From: Desulfurococcales archaeon
GTDB lineage: Archaea; Thermoproteota; Thermoprotei_A; Sulfolobales; Desulfurococcaceae
Assembly (NCBI GenBank): GCA_027022365.1
Contig: JALVYU010000031.1
Location: 192,001-256,000, forward strand
DNA: 64,000 nucleotides
Direction of reading: 5' to 3'
Position 1 is the first letter of the stretch. The number at the start of each line of letters is the position of its first letter. The notes under the pieces are model-generated. The model had not been told where the DNA came from. It saw only the letters and a program-made list of their open reading frames with translations, and made no database searches. Made by a program: the position numbers and the translations under genes. This document shows, piece by piece, positions 38,683-48,736 of the stretch.

Positions 38683-39966
38683 TTGAAGCTCTCGAGGGCC
38701 AAGGCGATCTATTACGGTCTAGGAAATCTTATGGGTGTTGGCTCAGGACTTATAGTGCAGTGGCTAATGTACTATTATTCACCTCCTAAGAACGCTGGCC
38801 TTACTCCTCTGGCCCCAATAGTTGTCATGGGTATAGTCTTCCTGTTCGGCCGAGCAATAGACGCAGTATCTGATCCATTGATCGGATGGTGGAGCGATCG
38901 GACATACACGAGATGGGGTAGGAGGAAACCATTCATTGTCGCAGGCTGTATTCTGATGGCTTTGAGCCAGACACTGATATGGCTATCACCAGTCCATACT
39001 GTATCGTTGATAAATGCTGTTTATGCCGCTATTATGCTCGGAATATTCTGGTTCGGGTACACGGCCGCGATAGCGCCTTACCTAGCGCTTCTACCGGAAA
39101 TCGCGGAGGATGATGCTGAGAGGATCAGGCTGACGACTTATCAAGCCTTGTTTCTCCAGGTAAGCGTGGTGATTACCGGGCTCATTGTCCCGTTGTTCCT
39201 GCTCCGATACTTGGGGTTCTTCCTGACGTCCGTCGTGCTGACAGCTATTATGTTTTTCGCGATGACGCCTCTTGTACTGACGATCAAGGAGAGGATTACG
39301 CCCGACAAGGTGGCGAAGAAGCTCGGGTTCTTAGAGGCGATTAAGCTCACACTGAAAAACAGGGTTTTCGTAACGTATCTGATCATGATATTTTTCCTGC
39401 AGCTAGCAATTAACATGATGAACCTCGTCCTCCCGTATGGTGTGACTGTGCTGGGAGGGCTGCAGAAGTACTATGTCGGCTACTTCTACATCCCGTTGCT
39501 CATTGTGTCGCTCATCACTCTACCAATATATAGGTCGATATCGGTTAAGTGGGGGAAGAAGAAAGTATTCATGATGAGCATGATCGGTCTATCAGTGGCA
39601 TCTATTGTTGCCTCCTTCATAGGCATAATTCCGGTTAATCCGCTCATAATGATAATAGTCATCGGGGGATTCGTGGGTGTTTTTATTATCCCGCAGTTCA
39701 TGATGCCCAATGCATTCATAGCGGAGATATCCGATCTGGATGAATCGATAACCGGGTATAGGAGGGAAGCAATATATTTCGGCGTACAGGGCCTCATATG
39801 GAAGAGCGCTGCGGGCGTTGCCGCCCTCCTCTCCGGATTTGTTATGAGTAAATACGGCTATAATCCCGGCCATGACCTAGGCGTTAGGCTGGTCTACATA
39901 ATATCGTCTGTATTGCTCGTAGTTGCCGCCGCCATTCTGACTAGGTATAGGGTGGATAAGCACTAG
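38683..39966 (+). CDS. GPH/MFS_2 sugar-glycoside:cation symporter
   Basis: IDAVSDPLIGWWSDRTYTRWGRRKPF, PYLALLPE, DLDE..TGYRREA. Confidence 0.9.
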   Translation: MKLSRAKAIYYGLGNLMGVGSGLIVQWLMYYYSPPKNAGLTPLAPIVVMGIVFLFGRAIDAVSDPLIGWWSDRTYTRWGRRKPFIVAGCILMALSQTLIWLSPVHTVSLINAVYAAIMLGIFWFGYTAAIAPYLALLPEIAEDDAERIRLTTYQALFLQVSVVITGLIVPLFLLRYLGFFLTSVVLTAIMFFAMTPLVLTIKERITPDKVAKKLGFLEAIKLTLKNRVFVTYLIMIFFLQLAINMMNLVLPYGVTVLGGLQKYYVGYFYIPLLIVSLITLPIYRSISVKWGKKKVFMMSMIGLSVASIVASFIGIIPVNPLIMIIVIGGFVGVFIIPQFMMPNAFIAEISDLDESITGYRREAIYFGVQGLIWKSAAGVAALLSGFVMSKYGYNPGHDLGVRLVYIISSVLLVVAAAILTRYRVDKH

Positions 39967-40886
39967 ATCCTAATGATGCTACCGGTGTGGGCCTCCAAAT
40001 AGTGTTCGGGATAAAGCTTATCTAGAACCTCCTTGATCGTAGCACCACTACAATGTATGGGTGCGATCTTTCCTACGCCTAGATCAACGAGTTTCTCAGC
40101 AATCCTCACACACTCGGAATAACTATATCCTAGCAGGTGGAAGCCGCCTATCACGAGGCGAGGCGGTTCGCCTGTGAAATTTATTTCTTCCTGGACTATC
40201 CTAACTATTCCGGGATGACTACAGCCCACCAGCAGGATCGGCCCCTTATCGCTTATTATGAGCAGTGATTCCTCCCAGGGCGGTCCATATAGTTCTCCCA
40301 GTACGTAGACGCCCTTCATTATCCTTGTTGTATTGTATACCGGGACAGATCTACCACCATACCTTCTTATCTCAGGGGCTAGATAACCTGAATCTTTGCC
40401 CGGAACGTAAACTGGTATACCGGGGTGTACCTTAAGGATGTACGGTAGACCGCCGGTATGGTCACCGTGCAGATGACTGATAACAACAGCCACGATCTGC
40501 TTGGGATTTATTCCTAGCTCCATAAGATTATGCTTCAGTATTGAAGGACTAGGCCCTGTATCAAATAATACATAGCCGCTACTCGTTTCAACAAGTATGG
40601 ATAAACCCCAGGCTGACTCGAGCAGACCATTTGGATCGGGATCATTATCCACAACTACTATCAAGGTTACATTGCCTCCACTAGTAAGCGTGGTAGTGGT
40701 CGGCTTAAATTTCCAAATAATTATTGAAGTACTTGTCTCTTGAATAGTGTTCGTTCCACTGGAGCCGCTGTATGTTGTCGTCTTGGAAATATTGGTTCGA
40801 ACCATAGAAACTTCTTCCATGATATAAGTAGCCACGCTGAGAAGAATGATCAGCAGGAATAGGGCTACGAGATATGATCTCCTCAT
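39963..40886 (-). CDS. Membrane-anchored metallo-beta-lactamase-fold hydrolase
   Basis: N-terminal TM and Thr/Ser linker; LFDTG, SHLHGDHTGG, GCSHPG, GGFH, IHCSG. Confidence 0.85.
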   Translation of the reverse strand: MRRSYLVALFLLIILLSVATYIMEEVSMVRTNISKTTTYSGSSGTNTIQETSTSIIIWKFKPTTTTLTSGGNVTLIVVVDNDPDPNGLLESAWGLSILVETSSGYVLFDTGPSPSILKHNLMELGINPKQIVAVVISHLHGDHTGGLPYILKVHPGIPVYVPGKDSGYLAPEIRRYGGRSVPVYNTTRIMKGVYVLGELYGPPWEESLLIISDKGPILLVGCSHPGIVRIVQEEINFTGEPPRLVIGGFHLLGYSYSECVRIAEKLVDLGVGKIAPIHCSGATIKEVLDKLYPEHYLEAHTGSIIRI

Positions 40887-40982
40887 GTCTTCTCATAATA
40901 ATGCTATGTTTTTTCCTAACAAAAATTTTTATAGTTTGTTAGGAGATACAATAATGTAAAACCTAACTTAGGTGATTAAAGA

Positions 40983-41567
40983 GTGTTAGACTATATAGGC
41001 ATGATGGTAGTATCGCCGAGGAAGAGCATACAGATACTAGTGGCCGAGAAAAGATCAATACTTCTGGGACTGGCAATAGTTATCTTGGCATCACTTGTCG
41101 GCGGCTTAAACCTAGCATACATAGTATCTATTAAGGGTCTTGGATTCGTTGGCTTAAAACTACCTTTCCTGGTAAGTCTATCATCTGTTGGCATAGTGGG
41201 TGGATACATAATACTCAATATCGTCCTCTGGCTAGTTCTCGGAGTCCTCATATATGCGTTTGATAAAATACTTGGGGGAAAAGCATCTCTGGAAACAGTA
41301 TTGCTAGCCTATAGCTACCAATGGCTACCAGTACTCATCACAGGGTTGTTCTCCCCGATATTCTATTACCTAGATACTCTCACGAGTATAGTGGTATACG
41401 TATTACTGCTACTAATAGCACTTGTCTGGGGATATGTATATACTCTTATCACAAATGCTGAAGTAAACAAGTTCTCACTCGGACAATCATTCGCCTCAGT
41501 GCTAATAGCCTACATTATTATCGTGATTACGGCGTTGCCGGTGTCTATGGTAGGAGGTGTGCATTAA
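40983..41567 (+). CDS. Yip1-family membrane protein
   Basis: About 5 TM; N-terminal SPRK, LGGKAS...AYS..P pattern. Confidence 0.7.
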   Translation: MLDYIGMMVVSPRKSIQILVAEKRSILLGLAIVILASLVGGLNLAYIVSIKGLGFVGLKLPFLVSLSSVGIVGGYIILNIVLWLVLGVLIYAFDKILGGKASLETVLLAYSYQWLPVLITGLFSPIFYYLDTLTSIVVYVLLLLIALVWGYVYTLITNAEVNKFSLGQSFASVLIAYIIIVITALPVSMVGGVH

Positions 41568-42415
41568 TGGCGGATGATGTGATCCTTAGGGTTATAGGCG
41601 CACTTGTCATAGCAGGCCTAATAATAGGCATAACAACTCCAATCTACCTTATTGCAAACAATATGTCCGGCAATAACACCTCTCTAGTTGATCTGACTGG
41701 TATGCTGACCAGACTAAACGGCCTGGCCCATCATATAAGCTATAATTTTATCGAGGAGAAAGAGATCGGTGTCAACGGTGCCCATGCATTAAGACTCGAC
41801 ATAAACTTGCTGGACGGATACATAGAAGTCGGCAGGGGTTCTGTGAACACCATAGTTATTGAAGTATATTCCACATCGTATACAGCGGATGGATATGAAG
41901 CATCATTTAATGTTCAAAGCGGAGACTTGCATATAATGGTTAAAAGCCCCACAATCAAACTAGTCGTACAGATACCGAGCGAAATGATTGTTAAAGGAGT
42001 AAACCTTGACATGAGCAACGGAATAGCCAAGATAAACATGGCGGAGATAAAAGGCCCGATATCATTTGTCATTGATAACGGAATACTTGAGTCCGAGCTC
42101 AAGAATATCGTTTCAAATAATACCTTGATAAAAATGAGTAATGGCGTCGTAAAACTCTCTCTACAATACAGCCACATTGATCTGTCGGAGATAAAGATCC
42201 AGATCAACGACGGGATATTTAAGGCCAGTATCAGAGTGCCCAATAACACCATGCTAAAAGTAACTCCTAATATACTAAATGGCGTCGTCCACGTAAGCCT
42301 CAATGGTAAAAACATAACAATCTACGAGGACCCAGGATACAATGTTAGTTCTTCAAGACTAGATTGCGGAATAACGGTGCTGAACGGTTATGCGAAAATA
42401 GACTTCGAGAGATGA
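41567..42415 (+). CDS. Membrane-anchored beta-repeat protein (DUF4097/adhesin-like)
   Basis: N-terminal TM; repeated xNGxxxx units (SNGIAKI, DNGILES, SNGVVKL, NDGIFKA, LNGVVHV, LNGYAKI). Confidence 0.65.
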   Translation: MADDVILRVIGALVIAGLIIGITTPIYLIANNMSGNNTSLVDLTGMLTRLNGLAHHISYNFIEEKEIGVNGAHALRLDINLLDGYIEVGRGSVNTIVIEVYSTSYTADGYEASFNVQSGDLHIMVKSPTIKLVVQIPSEMIVKGVNLDMSNGIAKINMAEIKGPISFVIDNGILESELKNIVSNNTLIKMSNGVVKLSLQYSHIDLSEIKIQINDGIFKASIRVPNNTMLKVTPNILNGVVHVSLNGKNITIYEDPGYNVSSSRLDCGITVLNGYAKIDFER

Positions 42416-42422
42416 GGCTATA

Positions 42423-43088
42423 ATGGATTCAATAAAGATAGCGAGAGATAGGCCTCTAGCTGGATACAGGTTAATACAAGCACTGAACAGCGGGCCAAAA
42501 ATATCTATTTTAAGAGCCCTCATAAACTATCCGGAAGGATTAACCGCAAAAGAGATCGCTAGGCTTCTCGGAGTAAAATTACCAACAGCAATGGAGCACC
42601 TATCGGATCTTATAAAGACAGGGATCGTTAGGGTGAAGTACGAGGGGAGACATAAGAAGTATGTTCTTCTAGCCAAGAACATTGTGGTCGAGGTAAACCT
42701 GCCATTATATGTAAGTCTCCTGGAAAAAAAGGAAGAAGCTGAGCTATATGAGCTAGAGGTTATGGCAATAGAATACCTAAAGACAAAGATAAGCAGCGGC
42801 GGCCTTCCCATGAATATAACTGTGAAGGATGTTGCTAGAACGATAGGGGTTGACACAGCAACAGCTATAAGTATCGTTGATTTTATCAACACATACCCTG
42901 ATCGCTTCATCCATGCAGTCGAGCAGATCATACTTGAAGAACTACATAGAAGCAAGGGTCCGAAGAAGATAGCGGATATATCGAGAAGCACTAAGATCCA
43001 TAAGTATTGGGTTATACTAGCTGTTCAAAATCTTGTCTCCAAATCCCTTGCCAAGCTAGAAGGAGATCAAGTAATTCTGATTAGTTGA
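42423..43088 (+). CDS. ArsR-type winged-HTH transcriptional regulator with extra HTH-like repeats
   Basis: LTAKEIARLLG...AMEHLSDL..GIV; further TVKDVARTIG and IADISR elements. Confidence 0.8.
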   Translation: MDSIKIARDRPLAGYRLIQALNSGPKISILRALINYPEGLTAKEIARLLGVKLPTAMEHLSDLIKTGIVRVKYEGRHKKYVLLAKNIVVEVNLPLYVSLLEKKEEAELYELEVMAIEYLKTKISSGGLPMNITVKDVARTIGVDTATAISIVDFINTYPDRFIHAVEQIILEELHRSKGPKKIADISRSTKIHKYWVILAVQNLVSKSLAKLEGDQVILIS

Positions 43089-43095
43089 CCTGATC

Positions 43096-43464
43096 TTAGG
43101 ATAGCGATGCATAGAGGAAGCCTATGCCTATGAGTATCAAGATGAACGCTCCTAAATGTTGCCAGAATGTTCCAGGCATGTTTACTATCCCGAGCATGTC
43201 GAGGCCCCAGAGTATAAAGCCTATACCGATAACGCCTATGAAAAGCCTAGTGGAACTAATTATTCTTCTTGAACCTGGATGTATTTTTCTCGAATAAGAA
43301 GTGCTAGGAGCAAGTGCTATGAGTAATAGACCAGTGCCTATACCCATGACAGTGCCTACATCAATACGACCGAATAACGTACCTATACCCATTCCCAAGA
43401 ATACACAAGCTAGGAAGAACAATACTTTATTCATTGTCATAAACACCCTTACATTCTCGTCCAT
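43096..43464 (-). CDS. Small Gly-rich membrane protein
   Basis: Four hydrophobic segments. Confidence 0.7.
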   Translation of the reverse strand: MDENVRVFMTMNKVLFFLACVFLGMGIGTLFGRIDVGTVMGIGTGLLLIALAPSTSYSRKIHPGSRRIISSTRLFIGVIGIGFILWGLDMLGIVNMPGTFWQHLGAFILILIGIGFLYASLS

Positions 43465-43538
43465 AGATGAATAATTATTTAATATGGTTTTATTATCTAT
43501 TGAACGTTGTATGGAATATTATTTATATGATAATGTAG

Positions 43539-44090
43539 TTATTTATTTCCATTACACTCCGGTATTTGCCCGGGTTCAACTATTTTTCCTAGAAGATAGC
43601 ACTTATGCGTTATTCTTTCAAAGAATAAGCATTTGTTACAATTTATCCAGATGTTCTTTTCACCAGGATATACCAGTTGAATTTTCTTGAGGCACTTGGA
43701 AAGTATATCATCGATTAATGACTCAATAAATGAGACAAATTTCTTTTTGCCCACTAATCCTTTGAATAACCCCGTCTCTGCCTCCCCTGTTACATGTATC
43801 TCGGTAGCCCCATCATCTTTTTCTCTAAACCAGATCACAAGGTGGAAGTAGTCGCCATCATATGGCTCCATGGTGAAAGAGGTTTCCGTAGTCTTCACTC
43901 TTATTTTAGAGGAGAGTTTATTCCAGTAGAGTTTCAAGCTATACTTGTCTTCCTCTATGAAGGACAAGTTCTCTATGTACTTCTCGGAGCCGATCCAGTT
44001 GTTCAAATCGCTTATACATCTCAGCAACAATCGCTTGTCAACAAGTAGTTCCCTATAAAATGTATGCGTCAGCCTCAAATTTATCTCCAA
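43539..44090 (-). CDS. Hypothetical protein (SRPBCC/CoxG-like N-terminus, Cys-rich C-terminus)
   Basis: Strand/helix pattern like the START fold; CNKC...C...C tail. Confidence 0.55.
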   Translation of the reverse strand: MEINLRLTHTFYRELLVDKRLLLRCISDLNNWIGSEKYIENLSFIEEDKYSLKLYWNKLSSKIRVKTTETSFTMEPYDGDYFHLVIWFREKDDGATEIHVTGEAETGLFKGLVGKKKFVSFIESLIDDILSKCLKKIQLVYPGEKNIWINCNKCLFFERITHKCYLLGKIVEPGQIPECNGNK

Positions 44091-44117
44091 TACAACGGTG
44101 TTACCTCGATAGGTATG

Positions 44118-44124
44118 TTTAAAT
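44118..44124 (+). promoter_or_regulatory. Candidate TATA box for cc1
   Basis: TTTAAAT about 40 nt upstream of ATG 44160. Confidence 0.4.
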
Positions 44125-44159
44125 CTTTCTTCGGATCAAGATTATAGATAGTGATAGCC

Positions 44160-44354
44160 ATGCCCGAAAAGCTGAAGTTCTTCGACATAAAGGCGAAGAA
44201 GCCGTTCTATACCGACAAGTATGAGGTAAAGATCGTCGAGAAGAAGAAAGGTGGTAAAGTCAAAATAGCCTTCGCTATCAGCCCCTATACGGGCATCAGG
44301 GTTGCAAGGATTATCGGCCCCGTTAAGGAAGAGGGGAAGAAAAAGAAGAAGTAA
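44160..44354 (+). CDS. cc1: Crenarchaeal chromatin protein CC1
   Basis: KLKFFDIKAK..F.TD.YEV...AISPYTGIRV.R..G matches my recollection of the CC1 consensus; small and Lys-rich. Confidence 0.85.
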   Translation: MPEKLKFFDIKAKKPFYTDKYEVKIVEKKKGGKVKIAFAISPYTGIRVARIIGPVKEEGKKKKK

Positions 44355-44489
44355 GGGAGCCGGGTCTTACTTAAGAGATAACACTGTTTTTTCCCCGACC
44401 TTAACCCCCTCTTAACAAATACTGGCACCATCCTTAAAAATCCTAATTATCTATGATAACTAAGCCTGTTCTATGGGAGGAACAAAGGA

Positions 44490-45746
44490 TTGGAAAAATT
44501 CTATATGTTCAACATTATAGTGAGCGAGGGTTTAAAGCCTCGTATCGAACGGGTGGTTCGGAGATTCTTTGGTAAATGGATGCATATAAGCAGTAGAAAG
44601 AATCGAGGAGCATATAACATTGTCGTACTTGAAGATAAGGTCAAGGACCATAGCCTTGTCGATCCTTTGACCGCTGAGCTCAAGATCACAGAGGATATGA
44701 TGGATATTGAAATAGCTAAAGCCATAGAACACGCCCGTAGCCTAATCAGGCTATCCGTTGGATGGCGGAAAGGATATGTGATAGGTGTTCGTAACCACTT
44801 GGATGGACTAGAGATTCATCCAGCCTATGATGTATTCATGGCGTGGCTCGGATTGAACCAGTTGATGAAAATACATATTCCGCCTCACGCTGTCTTGGTC
44901 GAAAAACTATTCGGTGGCAAATACAGGGTCTTCTGCAGTGGTGTTAAGGCGGGAGAACTATTCATACCAGATGATGGGTGCGAGGTCTCGACAAATATCG
45001 ATCACCAGCGGTGCATGGAGTATAGTGGCGAGAAGCCCGAGCGTCTTAACAGGAATTCGATGCTGCAACACATAAATGTAGCGAGGAGATTCCTAGATAG
45101 CCTTGGAAAGCCGGATAGAGTAATAGTTAGCTTTAGTGGCGGTAAAGACAGTCTCGTTGCTCTAGATCTAGCAGTTAAGCATTATGGGGCCGAACACGTA
45201 GAGGCGATATATGTCGATACAGGAGTAGACTTTCCATCCACCAGAGACTATGTCAAGCAAATGGAGGAGGAGCTAGGCGTGACAGTTTATTCAGCCTATG
45301 CCCCGGTGAAAGAGCAACTGAGCACCAGGGGGTTACCGAGCAAAAATAACCGATGGTGTACTCTTCTAAAAACCCGTGCTTTCAAGGAGAAGCTCAGAGA
45401 GATCACGAGGCGTGACGAGAAAATACTCGTAATAGTTGGTGATAGAGATACGGAGTCAGAAACAAGGTCTAGGAAGCCGCCCGTGAGGCGTAGGAAATGG
45501 TATCTTGAGGCCGCCCCTATTAAACAGTGGAGCACGCTCATGGTACAATTATACATTAAGATGTACGAGTTACCACTTAATCCCCTCTATGAGGCAGGAT
45601 TCTATAGGCTCGGATGCTACATCTGCCCGGCTTTGACCAGTCTAGAAAGGAGAATTATGTTCGAAAAACTATGGTCTCACATAAACACTCTACCGTGGAT
45701 CAACGAGTATTTTGACCTACACTGCCCCGGAGCATGCCCGAAGTGA
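44490..45746 (+). CDS. PAPS reductase-family (PP-loop) protein
   Basis: SFSGGKDS, VDTG, RWCT..K, RDTES..R, PI..W, PLY..GFYRLGCYICP. Confidence 0.88.
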   Translation: MEKFYMFNIIVSEGLKPRIERVVRRFFGKWMHISSRKNRGAYNIVVLEDKVKDHSLVDPLTAELKITEDMMDIEIAKAIEHARSLIRLSVGWRKGYVIGVRNHLDGLEIHPAYDVFMAWLGLNQLMKIHIPPHAVLVEKLFGGKYRVFCSGVKAGELFIPDDGCEVSTNIDHQRCMEYSGEKPERLNRNSMLQHINVARRFLDSLGKPDRVIVSFSGGKDSLVALDLAVKHYGAEHVEAIYVDTGVDFPSTRDYVKQMEEELGVTVYSAYAPVKEQLSTRGLPSKNNRWCTLLKTRAFKEKLREITRRDEKILVIVGDRDTESETRSRKPPVRRRKWYLEAAPIKQWSTLMVQLYIKMYELPLNPLYEAGFYRLGCYICPALTSLERRIMFEKLWSHINTLPWINEYFDLHCPGACPK

Positions 45747-46578
45747 TGGGTTTCGACAACAATGCTAGTAGTGCGAATACCAGGCCACCGATCAGAATCA
45801 GGGGGTATTCGCCTGAAGCCTCAAGCTTTAAGGCTACTACTAATCCGATGAACGATATTATTAAACTAGCTATCCTTATTCTCCAGTTATTATCGGTTAA
45901 TGATTCGTTAGGGATCCTTAGCAGTATAATTGCTGATACAAGGCTTCCCAGACATATGCCTGTCAGTAGAGGGGAGTCAGTATAGCTTGGCATCTCTAAC
46001 GATGCTATAACTGATAGGGCCAGGCCCGGGATACTTACGATCAGCAAATATTTCGCGACATCCTCGGCACGCCTGTAGATCATGATCGAAATAATAGCTA
46101 TAACTACACCTATGACAGCACCACCCACGACATCGACAGGATAATGCACGTGAAGGACTAGTCTTGAGCCGCTAACTGCGAGGGCGTGAATAAAGAGCGC
46201 CATCCCGAGCAAAGGATCCCCTGACAGATATCCTATAAGTAATGCGAAGGAAAAGCTCATGGCGGCATGACCGCTGGGAAAGCCTGGACCCTCAGCTTTT
46301 ACCAGCCATTCTGACGCGGGCGGACGCGGCATCTTGAGGATTGTTTTAAGCATTACATCGGTTGAAGCAGTTAGGCCCAGCCCGCCAATCAGGAATACTC
46401 CTTTGTCCCCACGATATAACGTATATATCAGTATTCCTAGAACCATGTAGAAACCACTTTTACCGATAGTGCTTGCGATCTTTGCGACGCCGACATCGCC
46501 GAGATAGACTCCTATCAACTCCACAATAGCTCCCATAAATAATAGATAGACCAGTATTCTCCTCAGGATGCTCGTCAA
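45700..46578 (-). CDS. PAP2 family membrane phosphatase
   Basis: K......RP, FPSGHA, SRLVLHVHYPVDVVGG. Confidence 0.9.
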   Translation of the reverse strand: MTSILRRILVYLLFMGAIVELIGVYLGDVGVAKIASTIGKSGFYMVLGILIYTLYRGDKGVFLIGGLGLTASTDVMLKTILKMPRPPASEWLVKAEGPGFPSGHAAMSFSFALLIGYLSGDPLLGMALFIHALAVSGSRLVLHVHYPVDVVGGAVIGVVIAIISIMIYRRAEDVAKYLLIVSIPGLALSVIASLEMPSYTDSPLLTGICLGSLVSAIILLRIPNESLTDNNWRIRIASLIISFIGLVVALKLEASGEYPLILIGGLVFALLALLSKPITSGMLRGSVGQNTR

Positions 46579-46663
46579 GATAGTTCACCGGAGACCATCG
46601 ATCAATAATCTTTAACTCGTGATGACAGTATATTATGGTTGTGTAATAGGATAAATACCATTA

Positions 46664-47149
46664 TTATTTCCCGCTCACGGAGAACTGCTTGGCCTTGGCC
46701 GCTTTTTCAATCACTTCCCTTATTTCATCTAGTCTTCCCTCTTCGACTCTGAAAACATAGCGTATCCCATCGAACCCATATATTACAACCACATCTACAG
46801 GCCTAGTTCTCCTTAATGAAAACACGCTTGCTACTATGAAGAACGCTATTGTAACCATGTATACGTAAAGAATGTACTGGGCTACAGTAGGGCCAAGAGT
46901 ATAGTTTGCTATGATGAAAATAACTATGAGTGCCACGAAAACAGCGAGGGAAATCTTCCTCACCAAGAAGTATGTACTACTGGGAACCCTCATAAGGCCA
47001 AGACTTACCTGGTAAGCCTTAATCCTGTATATCCTGCCATTGCTTAGCTCAACATCAACCACTCCCTCGCGGGGAACTGCGAGTGAGCGTAGAGTTCCGG
47101 CGAACCTTGTTTTCTTAACATAAGACTGTGCCATATCCTGAAGCCCCAA
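46664..47149 (-). CDS. Hypothetical 2-TM membrane protein
   Basis: 161-aa ORF with two central hydrophobic helices. Confidence 0.65.
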   Translation of the reverse strand: MGLQDMAQSYVKKTRFAGTLRSLAVPREGVVDVELSNGRIYRIKAYQVSLGLMRVPSSTYFLVRKISLAVFVALIVIFIIANYTLGPTVAQYILYVYMVTIAFFIVASVFSLRRTRPVDVVVIYGFDGIRYVFRVEEGRLDEIREVIEKAAKAKQFSVSGK

Positions 47150-47204
47150 ATGAGAACGTGTTACTACTAGTACAATCGTCGTTGGGGTAAATTATTGGTT
47201 CTGT

Positions 47205-47903
47205 TCAATCTCCGGACATACCGCTTGACTCTATGCGTCCATCACGTATGACTACCAAGTGTTCCGCAAGCCTCTTTGCCTGATCATGATTATGTGTTAC
47301 GAGAACTATCGTCATCTCATCTTTCAGCCTCTTCAGTACCTCTTCTATTCTGTGCGTGTTCTCAGGGTCAATGTTCGCAGTGGGCTCATCAAGTAATAAT
47401 ATCTGAGGCTTGAGGGCAAGTGCTCTCGCAATACATAGCCTCTGCTGCTGACCCCCACTGAGCACTCCCGGTTTTTCATCCAATCTATCCTTGACTTCGT
47501 CCCATAGCATAGCCTCCTCCAGAGCCCACCGGACTATTCTGTCTAAATCAGCCTTATCCTTGACCATGTCATGGAGAATGGGGCCAATAGCGACATTCTC
47601 ATAGATGGTCATATGGGGGAACGGGTTAGGGGTCTGCGCCACATAAACCGCTGTTCTACGTAGCTCATACACATCCCAGTCCATTATATCCCTGCCAAGT
47701 ACTCTGATCACCCCAGTGTATCTTACGCTTTCCGTGAGCTCTATCAGTCTATTGATCGTTCTTAGGAGTGTTGATTTCCCGCTACCGCTCGGACCTATTA
47801 CGACTGTGATCTTATAAGCTGGTACGCGGAGACTTATGTTATGCAGTATCTGCCTATTCTTTATCCAGAGATTTAGATCCGCGATATTTACTGCTGGATT
47901 CAT
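47205..47903 (-). CDS. pstB: Phosphate ABC transporter ATPase
   Basis: GPSGSGKST, QTPNPFP, LSGGQQQRLCIARAL, LLDEPT. Confidence 0.93.
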   Translation of the reverse strand: MNPAVNIADLNLWIKNRQILHNISLRVPAYKITVVIGPSGSGKSTLLRTINRLIELTESVRYTGVIRVLGRDIMDWDVYELRRTAVYVAQTPNPFPHMTIYENVAIGPILHDMVKDKADLDRIVRWALEEAMLWDEVKDRLDEKPGVLSGGQQQRLCIARALALKPQILLLDEPTANIDPENTHRIEEVLKRLKDEMTIVLVTHNHDQAKRLAEHLVVIRDGRIESSGMSGD

Positions 47904-48736
47904 GGTTTTGAAAGCCTCCGGAATACTGCAAATAAGCTGAGATATATCATAAGCAATACAAGACTAGCACCCCAAGCTGCCTCATGGTAATTCGTATAGG
48001 GCGTAAGCGTGTAAGTGTAGATGAGAAGCGGGACAGCCCCTATAGGCTTGCTGAGTCCCTGGAAATACGTGAACCAGTTGCCTCCAATAGTGAACAATAA
48101 TGGTGCTGTCTCACCGGACGCCCTAGCAAGCCCTATTAGCATCGCTGTCAATAATCCTCTTTTAGCCTCGCAGGTGAAGACGTAAAATATAGATTTAGCT
48201 CTAGATAAGCCGAGGCTGTAGCTCGCAAGCCTTACATCCACGGGTATGCTTCTCAAAGCGTTCTCGACATGTGTATAGATATAGGGAAGAACCACTATTG
48301 CAAGGGCTACTGCTCCCGCCCATGCGGAGAAATTCCCTGTCGGCACAACTAGTAAACTGTAAACCAGGACGCCTATGAGGATAGTCGGTATCTCCAATAA
48401 GCTCTTGACAAGAACATCTATGAACCTACCAAGCAGGGATTCCGGGAACTCGACAGCCAGAACCGCTGTCATGAACGCGAGTGGGTAGCCAATAATTATG
48501 GAGAGAAACATCAGGATAAGCGAGCCTACAAGGGCAGGTCCTATTCCGCCGGGACTGCTGGATAAAGGGCTTGAAGGTAAGCCGTAGAAGAAGACGGGCC
48601 CGACCGACAATATGGTTTTCCCGCCGTTCACTACTATGGCTGACATTATGACGAATAATGGAGTAATCCCGGCCATAGCGAATAAGAATACCGTTATCTT
48701 GAACAATTTGTCCTTGAAATACCTGTGCCTAGACAC
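47900..48736 (-). CDS. pstA: Phosphate ABC transporter permease
   Basis: GGIGPALVGS, IPTI, ARASGETAPLLFT, AWGA. Confidence 0.92.
   Translation of the reverse strand: MSRHRYFKDKLFKITVFLFAMAGITPLFVIMSAIVVNGGKTILSVGPVFFYGLPSSPLSSSPGGIGPALVGSLILMFLSIIIGYPLAFMTAVLAVEFPESLLGRFIDVLVKSLLEIPTILIGVLVYSLLVVPTGNFSAWAGAVALAIVVLPYIYTHVENALRSIPVDVRLASYSLGLSRAKSIFYVFTCEAKRGLLTAMLIGLARASGETAPLLFTIGGNWFTYFQGLSKPIGAVPLLIYTYTLTPYTNYHEAAWGASLVLLMIYLSLFAVFRRLSKP

Noticed and set aside
44160-44354. Cren7 or Sul7d assignment
   Set aside because: Lacks the Cren7 signature (WxLxPKGRKGV); matches CC1 instead.
46619-46660. Intergenic GTGATGA C-box-like sequence
   Set aside because: No D'/C'/D boxes at suitable spacing.
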